DNA from: Desulfomonilia bacterium
Lineage (GTDB): Bacteria > Desulfobacterota > Desulfomonilia > UBA1062
NCBI GenBank assembly: GCA_963664325.2
Contig: CAXXDQ010000003.1
Coordinates: 384,001-448,000, forward strand
DNA length: 64,000 bases
Direction of reading: 5' to 3'
The position numbers and the translations under genes were made by a program. The notes beneath the pieces were generated by a model that ran no database searches, had not been told where the DNA came from, and saw only the letters and a list, made by a program, of their open reading frames with translations. Below, one piece after another: positions 50,060 through 60,315 of the stretch (positions are counted from its first letter, which is position 1; every line of letters starts with the position of its first letter).

Positions 50060-50830
50060 TCAGCGGCCTTTGAAACTGGGCTGCCGTTTTTCGATGAAAG
50101 CCGTGATTCCTTCCCTGGCATCTTCCGTGCTGACAACCTGTTTTAACCTTTCGGACAGAAAGACCAGGGCGTCTTTAAGAGGCATGCCCTCCATTTCATG
50201 ATAGGCCTGTTTGCCGATCTTCATTCCGATGGGGCTCTTTAAGGCAAGTGCATAAAGGACTTTGCCGACTTCTTCATCAAGGGTTGCAGCGGGCACGACC
50301 CTTGTGATCAAACCCATGGACAAAGCCTCTCCGGCTGATAACCGCTCTCCAAGAAGGATCATCTCCATGGCCTTTTTGAGTCTGACATTACGAAAAATCA
50401 ATGCGCCTATCATCATGGGCCACAGGCCTACATTGACCTCTGGAGTACCGAATTTAGAGTCGTCGCTCGCGATGACGATATCGCAGGCGAGCATGAAGCC
50501 CATCCCTCCCGCCAGGCAGAAACCCTTGACGCGACCAACGGTAGGCTTGGGAAAAGTAGCCAGCCTGTTCAAGAGACTTGCATAGTTTGCGAATATATTC
50601 TGGCCTTCTGTTGAAAGTCCGTCTCCAAGCTGCGCTCCTGTGCAGAAGGCCTTGTCACCTGCGCCTGTAACAAGGATAACCCTTACATTATCATCGTTTT
50701 CGGCTGCGATTAGATATTCATGAAAAAGGCTGATCGCCTCAGGCGTGATAGCGTTTCTCTGCTGTTCGCGGTTGATCGTAATAAAAGCGGTTCCATTCTC
50801 GACCCGATAGAGCAAATGACTTTCTTCCAT
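50060..50830 (-). CDS. Enoyl-CoA hydratase/isomerase
   Basis: AFCTGA, CLAGG, FGTPEVNVG, EGITAFIEKR. Confidence 0.92.
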   Translation of the reverse strand: MEESHLLYRVENGTAFITINREQQRNAITPEAISLFHEYLIAAENDDNVRVILVTGAGDKAFCTGAQLGDGLSTEGQNIFANYASLLNRLATFPKPTVGRVKGFCLAGGMGFMLACDIVIASDDSKFGTPEVNVGLWPMMIGALIFRNVRLKKAMEMILLGERLSAGEALSMGLITRVVPAATLDEEVGKVLYALALKSPIGMKIGKQAYHEMEGMPLKDALVFLSERLKQVVSTEDAREGITAFIEKRQPSFKGR

Positions 50831-50850
50831 TTCAATGCCTCCATTTATTT

Positions 50851-51384
50851 TCAGGATTCAGCCTGCCGGCCGGGTTCCTCCTGCGACTTTTCGATATTCA
50901 CCAGAATCAGGCCGGGCATTACCTTGTCCCCGACCGATACGTTTATCTTCGTAACCTGGCCGTCATACGGCGCTGTCAGTGTGGTTTCCATTTTCATGGC
51001 GGCCACCACAACAACTCCGTCTCCCTTTTTAACTATATCTCCGGCAGCCACCATTATGCGCTCGACCACGGACGGCATGGGCGGAGTGATATCCTGGGGC
51101 AAACCGGCTGGGCCTTTCCTTGATTTTTTTGTCTGCCCGGCCATGTCCGTGTCTTGAATAAGGTATGAGATCCCGTTTATCACTATGTTTCTTTCCCCGC
51201 TGTTTCCAGTTATGAATGCATTAAAACCTGAACCTTCCACGACAAGCTTGATCTCATTTTCGGAAATGACTGAATAACAGACATTCATGACGCGTGAGCC
51301 GTCAGTAACTTTAACGGTATCTGCGCCTGTAATTTCCACGTCAAAAGCAGTTGAAGTTTCATCGTTTTTGAATCTGTACTGCAT
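50851..51384 (-). CDS. Biotin carboxyl carrier protein of an acyl-CoA carboxylase
   Basis: PPMP...AAMKMETTLTAPYDG biotinylation motif. Confidence 0.9.
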   Translation of the reverse strand: MQYRFKNDETSTAFDVEITGADTVKVTDGSRVMNVCYSVISENEIKLVVEGSGFNAFITGNSGERNIVINGISYLIQDTDMAGQTKKSRKGPAGLPQDITPPMPSVVERIMVAAGDIVKKGDGVVVVAAMKMETTLTAPYDGQVTKINVSVGDKVMPGLILVNIEKSQEEPGRQAES

Positions 51385-51416
51385 TATTTCAGCACCCCTT
51401 TACCTGTTCATAAGGA

Positions 51417-52904
51417 TTATCTTCGCCATTGACCGAGGCTTTGCCACGGCGTCGGGTAATCATCGGCGGCCGGGCCTGCCGTCTGGACCTTTTTTTTGCC
51501 CGCGATTTCATCGATGATGTAAGCGATACGCGCGATATCAATATCCGGCTTTTCGGGTCTCCAGCAGGGGAAATGGGTATTGATGAAATCGGTATATGTT
51601 TGCCCTTCTGCAAAAGGGATGGAATTGAGGATGTCCATCAAAAAAGCAATAGGCGTCTTCACACCGAGGATCACATACTCCTTGAGAGCACGCACCATGC
51701 GCCTGATTGCGTCTTCACGGTTTGACGCATAGACGATCAGTTTGGACAGGATGGGGTCATACTCGACAGGGACATTAAATCCCGAGTAGATCCCGCAGTC
51801 GTTCCTTATGCCCGGGCCTGACGGCTCTTTCATGAATTCGATTTTTCCGGGCGAAGGGAAGAATCCCTGTTCAGGGTCTTCGGCGTATATGCGGCATTCG
51901 ATGGCATGTCCCCTGCCTGCAATATCCTTTTGAGTGAAGGGCAGAGGGTTTCCTTCTGCAATCCGGATCTGGAGCCTGACCAGATCGAGACCGGTAATCA
52001 TCTCGGTGATAGGATGTTCGACCTGGAGACGGGTGTTGACCTCAAGGAAATAAAAATTGCCGTCCTTGTCCAGGAGAAACTCAACCGTGCCTGCATTGAC
52101 ATATCCCGAAGCCCGGGCAGCCATTATTGCGGCATTTCCCATACGCTCGCGCAGCTCCGGCGTCATGGCGGGCGACGGGGTCTCTTCGATGATCTTTTGG
52201 TGGCGCCTTTGGATGGAGCATTCACGTTCCAGCAGGTGAACGGTGTTCCCGAAGCGGTCAGCCAGTACCTGAAATTCGATATGCCTGGGGCACTGTATAT
52301 ATTTTTCAAGGTAGATGGAATCATTTCCGAACGCGCGCTTGGCTTCGTTGGCTGCCGATGTACATGCTTCGTGCAGATCACTTGGCGTCTCTACCAGCCT
52401 CATGCCTTTGCCTCCGCCTCCTGCAGCAGCCTTTATCAAAACCGGATAGCCCAGTTTGTCGGCCTCGCTCGCCATGATTTCCTTGTCGGATTCCGGACAG
52501 AACATGCCCGGGATTACAGGCACACCGTTTTTAATCATGGTCTGCCTTGCCGTGGTTTTATCACCCAGGCTGCTTATTACCGAAGACGGCGGTCCGATAA
52601 AGACAAGGCCCTCGGCTTCGCACCGCCCGGCAAAACCGGGGTTTTCAGCCAGGAAACCGTAACCGGGATGAATTGCCTCGGCCCTGCTTTCTTTGGCTGC
52701 ATTGATTATCTTATCTATATTCAGGTAGCTCTCGGAAGGTTCCGGACTTCCTAGATATACGGCATGAGATGCTTTCAGTACATGCAGGGCCTTCCTGTCC
52801 GCATCGGAGTAAACGGCTACAGTTGATATACCCATTTCATGGCAGGTGTTCATGATACGCAGGGCGATCTCTCCCCTGTTTGCGATCAGTATCTTTTTAA
52901 ACAT
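51417..52904 (-). CDS. Biotin carboxylase subunit
   Basis: ILIANRGEIA, HPGYGFLAEN, GGGGKGMR, RECSIQRRHQK, NTRLQVEHP. Confidence 0.95.
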   Translation of the reverse strand: MFKKILIANRGEIALRIMNTCHEMGISTVAVYSDADRKALHVLKASHAVYLGSPEPSESYLNIDKIINAAKESRAEAIHPGYGFLAENPGFAGRCEAEGLVFIGPPSSVISSLGDKTTARQTMIKNGVPVIPGMFCPESDKEIMASEADKLGYPVLIKAAAGGGGKGMRLVETPSDLHEACTSAANEAKRAFGNDSIYLEKYIQCPRHIEFQVLADRFGNTVHLLERECSIQRRHQKIIEETPSPAMTPELRERMGNAAIMAARASGYVNAGTVEFLLDKDGNFYFLEVNTRLQVEHPITEMITGLDLVRLQIRIAEGNPLPFTQKDIAGRGHAIECRIYAEDPEQGFFPSPGKIEFMKEPSGPGIRNDCGIYSGFNVPVEYDPILSKLIVYASNREDAIRRMVRALKEYVILGVKTPIAFLMDILNSIPFAEGQTYTDFINTHFPCWRPEKPDIDIARIAYIIDEIAGKKKVQTAGPAADDYPTPWQSLGQWRR

Positions 52905-52915
52905 GGTTAACTCCG

Positions 52916-54532
52916 CTACATCCTGAAAATTCCATATCCATAAACATCGTCACGGATGGGGGCGTTCAATGCAGCTGATATGGCTAGACCCAGGACGTCC
53001 CTCGTGTCGGCCGGGTCCAGGATGCCGTCGTCCCACATGTTCGCCGTGCTGTAATATGCGTTGCTTTCTTTTTTTGCCGAGCTGATTACAGGTTCTCTGA
53101 TGAGGTCTTCCTCTTCTTTTGTCATGGGCGGCAGGCCTTCCTTGGCAAGCTGGTCGTTGCGCAATGTTACAAGGACTCCGGACGCCTGCTCGCCACCCAT
53201 GACGGCGATTTCGGCATTGGGCCACATCCAGAGGAGACGCGGTGAATAAGCCCTGCCGCACATGGCATAGTTGCCTGCGCCGAATGATGCCCCGACAATT
53301 ATTGTGAATTTAGGGACGGTCGATGTGGCGACCGCATTGACCATCTTATGCCCGTTTTTCGTAACACCCTGACGTTCATACTCCCTGCCGATAATAAATC
53401 CGTTGATATTCTGCAGGAATATAAGCGGGATCTTCCTTTTGTCGCAAAGCTGTATGAACTGTGTCCCCTTGAGAGCGCTGTCGGGGAACAATACTCCGTT
53501 ATTGCCGAGAATGCCGACCGGATAGCCGTGGAGATATGCCCATCCGCACACCAGCGTGGGGCCGAAGAGTTCCTTGAACTCAAGAAATTCACTCCGGTCA
53601 ACGATTCGTGCAATAACTTCCCTTACGTCGTACGGGACCTTGAGCTCACGGCTTACGATCCCGTAAATCTCTTTCGGGTCATAAAGAGGTGGAGCAGGTT
53701 CCTGCATCGACAGCCTGTACTTTTCATTTGATGGAAGATTCTTGATGATGCTCCGTATTATGGAAATTGCGTGCGCATCGTCGTCGGCATAATAATCTGA
53801 CACCCCTGATTCGCGGCAGTGAAGGTCCGCGCCGCCCAGATCGTTTACGCTCACTTCTTCTCCAGTGGCAGCCTTTACAAGCGGCGGGCCGCCTAGAAAG
53901 ATGGCGCCTGTCCCTTTTACGTGAATGGTCTCATCGGACATGGCCGGGACGTAGGCACCGCCCGCAGTACAGAGTCCCATAACAGCCGTGATCTGTGGCA
54001 CCCCCATTTTTGACATTATCGCCTGGTTGTAAAAAATCCTCCCTCCGTCATCGACATCCGGAAAGACCTCGGACTGAAGCTGAAGGTAGCCTCCTGCGGA
54101 ATCGATGAGGGTTACAAGGGGCAGCCTGTTTTCCATGGATATCAGTTGCGTGCGCAAGGTTTTCTTTACCGTGAGGGGGTAGGTGGCTCCGCCCTTGATC
54201 ATGGCGTCATTGCCGCTTACCATCACTTCCTTTCCGCTCACGATGCCGATGCCTGAGACAAGACCCGCCCCGTGAATCTTGCCGTCATACATATCCTTGG
54301 CCGCCATGGGCGCAATTTCAAGAAAGGGTGTATTTTTATCCAATAGCAGCTCGAGCTTTTTTCGCATGGGGAGTTTTCCCTGGGACAAAAGGCGCTCGAC
54401 CGCTTTGGGGGAACGGTCGTCCCTGGCCCTTTTTAATTCATTTTTCAGCTCCTCTACCAGGGCTTCCATTGCGGCATAATTCTTGCGGTATTCAACTGAT
54501 GCGGTATCGATTCTTGTTTCAATCGCATCCAT
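52916..54532 (-). CDS. Acyl-CoA carboxylase carboxyltransferase (geranyl-/methylcrotonyl-CoA type)
   Basis: CTAGGAYVPAMSD, GGPPLVKAATGE, GAGNYAMCGRAY, DDGILDP; GGAGG RBS. Confidence 0.93.
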   Translation of the reverse strand: MDAIETRIDTASVEYRKNYAAMEALVEELKNELKRARDDRSPKAVERLLSQGKLPMRKKLELLLDKNTPFLEIAPMAAKDMYDGKIHGAGLVSGIGIVSGKEVMVSGNDAMIKGGATYPLTVKKTLRTQLISMENRLPLVTLIDSAGGYLQLQSEVFPDVDDGGRIFYNQAIMSKMGVPQITAVMGLCTAGGAYVPAMSDETIHVKGTGAIFLGGPPLVKAATGEEVSVNDLGGADLHCRESGVSDYYADDDAHAISIIRSIIKNLPSNEKYRLSMQEPAPPLYDPKEIYGIVSRELKVPYDVREVIARIVDRSEFLEFKELFGPTLVCGWAYLHGYPVGILGNNGVLFPDSALKGTQFIQLCDKRKIPLIFLQNINGFIIGREYERQGVTKNGHKMVNAVATSTVPKFTIIVGASFGAGNYAMCGRAYSPRLLWMWPNAEIAVMGGEQASGVLVTLRNDQLAKEGLPPMTKEEEDLIREPVISSAKKESNAYYSTANMWDDGILDPADTRDVLGLAISAALNAPIRDDVYGYGIFRM

Positions 54533-54589
54533 ATAAAAAACCTCCGTGAGCGATGAATAATGATATAAATGACATATTAAAATATTTAA

Positions 54590-54635
54590 AATGAATTTAA
54601 TTAAATTACATAATAACATTCAATAAAAGTGTCAA
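54590..54635 (-). promoter_or_regulatory. Sigma-70-like promoter of the atu-like operon with TGAA half-sites
   Basis: TTGACA at 54630-54635 (minus strand), TATGTA 17 nt downstream, TGAATGTTATTAT in the spacer. Confidence 0.5.
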
Positions 54636-54821
54636 GTTATTTATTAAAGATATTTACACGGATATGCTGATCTGGAAATTTTTTATGAAACAAGGATTTA
54701 TTGGTGATTCTGGAAGGTTTAATGGGGCGGAATTTGATATATCTTATTTATGGAATATTGGAATAAGCATGCTAAGCCATTATTCCTGCACAAATTCAGG
54801 AATAATGGCTGTTTTCACTTT

Positions 54822-56540
54822 CTATCCTATAAGTTTTTTACGGCGATCATCCGAATCAAGACCGAGCTGACCGCCCGGGTTCATTATGTTGTTTGGGTCA
54901 AAGTGGCGTTTTAGGGCCCTGAGCACGGCCATCTGTTCGGCTCCGAGATGCTTGTCCATCCAGGGACCGATAAGCCTTCCCACCCCATGGTGATGGCTTA
55001 ATGACCCTCCGTTGTTCTGTATTGCATCGACAATACCTGCGTGGAATTCCCTGAATTCCTTCGGGTCATTGAGTTTCATTATAAAAATAAAATAGAGGTT
55101 TGTGCCCTGAGGGTAGAAATGCGAAGCATGGGTCATGCACATCGTACGCGGTCTTGCCTTGATGTATGCCCGGACGCCCTTATGCAGCCTGTGCAGGTTG
55201 TCCCACGTGACACCTGCTTCGAGGGTGTCGATCTGGATGCCGTAATCGCCCAGGTCTTCCCTCATGTAGGGCTCGGTGTAACGCGTCTTTTCCCATTTCT
55301 TAACGGCATAACCGCTCAGGTTTATTGCGCCGTGTTTTTTTACTATTTGGGCTATCTTGGACTTTACGAGCCTGGTGTAATCGGCGTCACCTTCACAATT
55401 ACCGAGACATAGGCAGCGTTTCATGGGCATGAAACCTTTTTTCTGCAGAAATTTATCCACAAAACCAGGCATGCCATAGAGCTTTAGCCCTCGATCGGTT
55501 TCCTCGGGGTCCGATATACGGTATATGGCCGGTTTGCCGAATTCAGACTGCATGATTTCACGGCTGGCTTCAACGGCGGCCTCCCATGAGGGATACATAT
55601 AACCGAAGCGCTGGCGGTTATGAGGCATATAACGGAATATTTTCATGGTACATTCCACGAGAATACCAAATGTTCCCTCCGAACCTTTCATTATATCGTT
55701 TATCTTCGGGCCGGTTGCCGTTGCCGGAAAATCGAGGGTTTTGAAGTTGCCTGCTGGTGTTACATATTCCTGGCTGAATACGATGTCATATGCATCGCCG
55801 TAATAAGTGGAAGCCTGGCCTGAACCGAGCGTCACAATCCATCCACCGACGGTTGAGTATTCAAATGACTGAGGGAAGTGCCCGCAGGTATAACCCAGTT
55901 TTGTCCCGTAAAGCCCGGGTGCATTGTTCAACGCATGCTCATAGGCTGGCCCGTACATTCCTGGCTGGACAACGGCAGTCTGGTTTATTTCGTTTATTTT
56001 AAGGAGTTTGTTCATATGTGTGCTGAGCACGAGGGTAACTCCGCCTTTTGACGGCTTACATCCGAAGTTGACGGATGAACCTGCAGCGAATACTGTTATC
56101 GGTATCTTCTGGCCGTTGCAGTATTCAACAATTGCGGCAACATCATGTTTGTCCCTGGGATGCAGAACGATATCGGCCACTTCGCTGATGAGCCCTTTCC
56201 TGAGTTCGAGCATTTCCTCCGTCGTCTTGCCGTATGAGTATTTTACTCGGGAGAAGTCATCAATAGCTGCATTTCCTTTACCGACAATTGCCGAAAGCTT
56301 CTCTATATGCTCGGACTCGATGGAAGACTGTCTATTCAAGCTGACTTTGGAATTGCCTTCGTCAATTTTTTTCTGAAAATCAGCATCTGTCAGACCGAAA
56401 TCCTCCTTCATCATTTCATACCAGTGAGAACTCGGGTGCTTGAAATGATTAGGATTGCCATATTTGAATATTGACCTGAAAGAACCTTGTGCTGGTGACG
56501 TTTCAGTCCACGATGGAATAAAATGTTTTTTCCCAAACAT
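54822..56540 (-). CDS. FAD-binding oxidoreductase, alkyl-dihydroxyacetonephosphate synthase-like
   Basis: GHFPQSFEYSTVGGW, GSEGTFG, HASHFY, SLSHHHGVG, DPNNIMNPG. Confidence 0.85.
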   Translation of the reverse strand: MFGKKHFIPSWTETSPAQGSFRSIFKYGNPNHFKHPSSHWYEMMKEDFGLTDADFQKKIDEGNSKVSLNRQSSIESEHIEKLSAIVGKGNAAIDDFSRVKYSYGKTTEEMLELRKGLISEVADIVLHPRDKHDVAAIVEYCNGQKIPITVFAAGSSVNFGCKPSKGGVTLVLSTHMNKLLKINEINQTAVVQPGMYGPAYEHALNNAPGLYGTKLGYTCGHFPQSFEYSTVGGWIVTLGSGQASTYYGDAYDIVFSQEYVTPAGNFKTLDFPATATGPKINDIMKGSEGTFGILVECTMKIFRYMPHNRQRFGYMYPSWEAAVEASREIMQSEFGKPAIYRISDPEETDRGLKLYGMPGFVDKFLQKKGFMPMKRCLCLGNCEGDADYTRLVKSKIAQIVKKHGAINLSGYAVKKWEKTRYTEPYMREDLGDYGIQIDTLEAGVTWDNLHRLHKGVRAYIKARPRTMCMTHASHFYPQGTNLYFIFIMKLNDPKEFREFHAGIVDAIQNNGGSLSHHHGVGRLIGPWMDKHLGAEQMAVLRALKRHFDPNNIMNPGGQLGLDSDDRRKKLIG

Positions 56541-56734
56541 GATGAATCTCCTTTTCTAAAATAATAAATGCTATTCAGTAGGAAGTCCTAGCAAGTTCGC
56601 CGTTAATTCTATACCATTAGTCCAGGACAGACCAGCCTTTATAAACCAGGCGGTTGATTTTGGAAACATTAAAAATTCAAAAAATGATTTTTTTTTATCA
56701 AATAAAATTATATTAGTATCAACAGGGGGATGAC

Positions 56735-57856
56735 ATGAAATCATCTGACAGGTTCATCTGGCTTGTGGCTTTCATTTCTTGCTTTGTCATTGCATGCTGT
56801 TCGAATGACAAGGGAGGAGAAAGTTCAGGTTCAGGCGAGGCGATTTCCGGCAAAGATATTATACCTCCTACACCCGGAAAAATCATTTCAGTGAAAGCAT
56901 CAGGTCTGAAAACCATAACGGTTTCATGGGAAGCGTCTTCTGATAATGAGACACAGCAAAAAGATCTTCAATACAAGCTCATTTATTCAAATAGGAATAA
57001 TATCAGCACTGTTGAAAGTGCGGAAAAAAACGGCACTGTCATCATGGGCTGGACTCCCGGGACACTGTCAAGGCAGATAAAGGGGATGTCGGCGGCTGAC
57101 ACCTTCTATTTTACTGTACTTGTCAGGGACAGGGCAGGAAATATTGCATTGTATATGCCGCAGGTCCTTTCAACAACGGATTCGACACCACCTGTTGCGA
57201 AGGGTCCGGTGTCCGTCAGCAGTATATCAAGAGACAGCCTTATGGTTTCGTGGCCGCCGGCAATGGATGATGTGACATCCCAGGAAAAACTTCAGTATAA
57301 ACTGTTATACACGACCCCCAACAACATAAAGATGATTGCCAACGTCGAAAACAGCGGTACGCTGATAATGGATTGGACTGCGAATGTAAAATCAAGGCAG
57401 GTGAACGATCTGGCTTCGATGAACACATATTATTTTGTCGTGATGGTTAAGGATGAAGCTGGGAACAAGACCATGTACACTCCGCAGAAGAGCAGTACCC
57501 TTGACGCAGGTGCACCAGGCCCTGGAACGAATGCACCTTCAGGTGAATCCGGGGTCACAGTGAGTGATATAACATCAGACAGTGCCACGGTTTCATGGGG
57601 GATTGCAAATGACGATGCGGTTTTGAATGAAAAACTTCAGTACAAGGTGGTTTATTCAACATCCCGGAATATTGATAATGTGAGTGATGCCAATGCCAAC
57701 GGACAGATTGCGCTGGGATGGACTGCCAATGTGAATTCCTACAGAATAAACGGTCTGGAACCATCGACAACATATTATATTGCAACACTGGTCAAGGATG
57801 AGGCCGGGAATGAGACACTTTACGGATTCCGTGAAGTGTCGACTCTACCGCGTTGA
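56735..57856 (+). CDS. Lipoprotein with three fibronectin type III repeats
   Basis: Lipobox-like IACC; three repeats of VSW..A.D...LQYK..Y...Y..V.V.D.AGN. Confidence 0.85.
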   Translation: MKSSDRFIWLVAFISCFVIACCSNDKGGESSGSGEAISGKDIIPPTPGKIISVKASGLKTITVSWEASSDNETQQKDLQYKLIYSNRNNISTVESAEKNGTVIMGWTPGTLSRQIKGMSAADTFYFTVLVRDRAGNIALYMPQVLSTTDSTPPVAKGPVSVSSISRDSLMVSWPPAMDDVTSQEKLQYKLLYTTPNNIKMIANVENSGTLIMDWTANVKSRQVNDLASMNTYYFVVMVKDEAGNKTMYTPQKSSTLDAGAPGPGTNAPSGESGVTVSDITSDSATVSWGIANDDAVLNEKLQYKVVYSTSRNIDNVSDANANGQIALGWTANVNSYRINGLEPSTTYYIATLVKDEAGNETLYGFREVSTLPR

Positions 57857-57968
57857 GGGATTCAGGATAGCTGAAGAAAGGCAGAGATGACTTTTGTTGA
57901 AAGGAAGGGTTCTTTCTGATGGTCGTCTCTGTTAGAATTTATGTACAGCAGAAAACCGGGAGGTAAAC

Positions 57969-59561
57969 ATGTCTTTGCCGGACAGACAAAACCCTTATTC
58001 GTTCGATGAATTTCTTTCATGGAGGAAATCCATAGACTATTACCTTGATGATGAGTTCCTGCAGAAGGCTTTAAGGCATTTTTCAGCTCATGACTGGGAG
58101 AATGTAGATATTGAACTTAAGAAGATGTCTGCAAAAGCCTCTTATGATTGGCGGGATTTGAGTGATGCCATAGCTGTGCCTGAAAAAAGGCCCTATTTGA
58201 TTAATTTTGACGGCCATAATCACAGGATAGACAGGATCGCAAGACCGGCGGAAACACTAAAACTCGAAAAGGAGATATTTTCCCAGGCAATATTTTCTGA
58301 AGGAACAAATCCCTGGGCACGTCTTGCAAAGATGTATCTGATATACCAGAATGGAGAGGCCTGCGTAGCCTGCCCGATAGTGTGTACGGAAGGACTGATT
58401 GCCCTGCTTGAACGATATGCAGATACACCGGAGCTGAAAAATATACTTAAGCATTGCAAAGAAGGCGTTAATGGTAAATTCGGCATCGGTGCACAATACC
58501 TGTCGGAAATACAGGGCGGGTCTGATGTTCCTTCAAACCTTCTTGAAGCAGTCAAGGACGGCGATTTTTGGCGTTTATATGGCACAAAGTTTTTCTGCTC
58601 GGCCACTCACGCCGATTATGCGGTTGTTACAGCAAAACCGAAAGACAGTGAGAATATCGGTCTTTTTGTCGTTCCTTCATGGCTTCCCGGAGATAAGGAA
58701 AAAGAAAAAAGAAACGGTTATATGATAGACAGGATCAAATGGAAGATGGGTACCAGTGAGCTTACAACTGCGGAGCTTTCTTTCAATGGTGCTGTTGCAT
58801 ATCAGGCAGGCCCTCTCGACAGGGGACTTGCCAATGTTGTGGGAATTGTTCTCACCTACTCAAGGCTTACGGTTGGATTATCAGCAGCGGCGAGCATGAC
58901 GCGTGCGGCGCGCGAAGCAAAGGGATATGCCGAAAGGAGATCTGCTTTCGGTCTCAATATTGATTTATTCCCGATGCTCAAAGGGCAGCTTGCAAAACTG
59001 GAACTCTATGCAAAAAGAACGACTGCGGGGGCATTCAAGCTGTATCATGAATTCCTTGCAATTCCCGGTGGTCTTAAGGGCGGTATTGGTGTTGATGAGC
59101 CTGAAGAAACAAGAAAAAAACGTTTTAGAATAAGAGAACTTATTATGCTGCAAAAAATTACCGCCTCATGGGATGCAACCGATATGCTCAGGCTGGCAAT
59201 GAGCGTCTTCGGCGGGCATGGGGTGATGGAGGATTTTTCATCCCTGCCGAGGCTTTTCAGAGATGCTGCTATCAACGAGTTATGGGAAGGGCCTCGTAAT
59301 GTTCTACTTACACAGATTCACAGGGATTTATTGAAGGCCGCAGCATGGTATCCACCCGGATTAATTGTAAAAGACATCTTGTCGGGAGCTGATAAGACAG
59401 TGATTGCCGACCTTTCTGGTAGAATGAAAGAACTCTCGGAAAGTAATCTTCTCGGGGAGGGAGAGTCTTCAATAATAGCGTGTGAAAAATGGGATATCTT
59501 CTGCCATGAACTTTTTCACGCCTATCAGGATATTGCGCTTGGAGAGGTAAATAAAGGGTGA
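57969..59561 (+). CDS. AidB-like acyl-CoA dehydrogenase
   Basis: QYLSEIQGGSD, GTKFFCS, KWKMGT, FGGHGVMED, WEGPRN. Confidence 0.88.
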   Translation: MSLPDRQNPYSFDEFLSWRKSIDYYLDDEFLQKALRHFSAHDWENVDIELKKMSAKASYDWRDLSDAIAVPEKRPYLINFDGHNHRIDRIARPAETLKLEKEIFSQAIFSEGTNPWARLAKMYLIYQNGEACVACPIVCTEGLIALLERYADTPELKNILKHCKEGVNGKFGIGAQYLSEIQGGSDVPSNLLEAVKDGDFWRLYGTKFFCSATHADYAVVTAKPKDSENIGLFVVPSWLPGDKEKEKRNGYMIDRIKWKMGTSELTTAELSFNGAVAYQAGPLDRGLANVVGIVLTYSRLTVGLSAAASMTRAAREAKGYAERRSAFGLNIDLFPMLKGQLAKLELYAKRTTAGAFKLYHEFLAIPGGLKGGIGVDEPEETRKKRFRIRELIMLQKITASWDATDMLRLAMSVFGGHGVMEDFSSLPRLFRDAAINELWEGPRNVLLTQIHRDLLKAAAWYPPGLIVKDILSGADKTVIADLSGRMKELSESNLLGEGESSIIACEKWDIFCHELFHAYQDIALGEVNKG

Positions 59562-59646
59562 ATGCAATTTTTCTGGCAAGTAAAGACAGGTTTGTTATAA
59601 TTATGATGATGATTATAACAACACCTTTAATATTAAGGAGCCTCAA

Positions 59647-60315
59647 ATGAGGATACTGATTATTGAAGACGAAAAAAAGGTGGCGGGTTTTTTAAAGAAT
59701 GGCCTCAAAGAAGAAGGTTATGCTGTGGACAATGCATTTGACGGTCAAACCGGTTTTGATATGGCTGTTGAAAATGAATATGACATAATCATCCTGGATC
59801 TTATGCTCCCGGGTCTTGACGGGATTACATTATGTAAAAAACTCAGAGAAGAAGGCAACCATACGCCAATATTAATGCTTACCGCCAGGGAAGCAGTTAA
59901 AGACAGGGTTATTGGGCTTGATGCAGGGGCAGACGATTATATGACAAAACCGTTTGCATTCGAAGAGCTTCTGGCGCGGGTCAGGGTTATTCTCAGAAAA
60001 AGACCTGTCACTCAGGAATTGAAACTTGAAATCGGTGATCTTATTCTTGACCTGATTACCCATAAAGTCAAGCGCGGTGGAGATGAAATTGAACTCACCA
60101 CAAAGGAATATGCGCTGCTGGAATTCCTGATGAGGAATGCAGGAACGATCGTTACCCGCACCATGATAGCAGAACATGTATGGGATATAAATTTTGAAAC
60201 CTTCACCAATGTCATCGATGTTTACATAAACTACCTCAGAAACAAGATAGATCGCGACCATGACGAAAAGCTTATCCATACGGTGAGGGGAAGGGGATAT
60301 GTTCTTAAAAAGTAA
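59647..60315 (+). CDS. OmpR-family response regulator (CusR-like)
   Basis: LIIEDE, ILDLMLP, GADDYMTKPF, TNVIDVYI, TVRGRGY. Confidence 0.95.
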   Translation: MRILIIEDEKKVAGFLKNGLKEEGYAVDNAFDGQTGFDMAVENEYDIIILDLMLPGLDGITLCKKLREEGNHTPILMLTAREAVKDRVIGLDAGADDYMTKPFAFEELLARVRVILRKRPVTQELKLEIGDLILDLITHKVKRGGDEIELTTKEYALLEFLMRNAGTIVTRTMIAEHVWDINFETFTNVIDVYINYLRNKIDRDHDEKLIHTVRGRGYVLKK

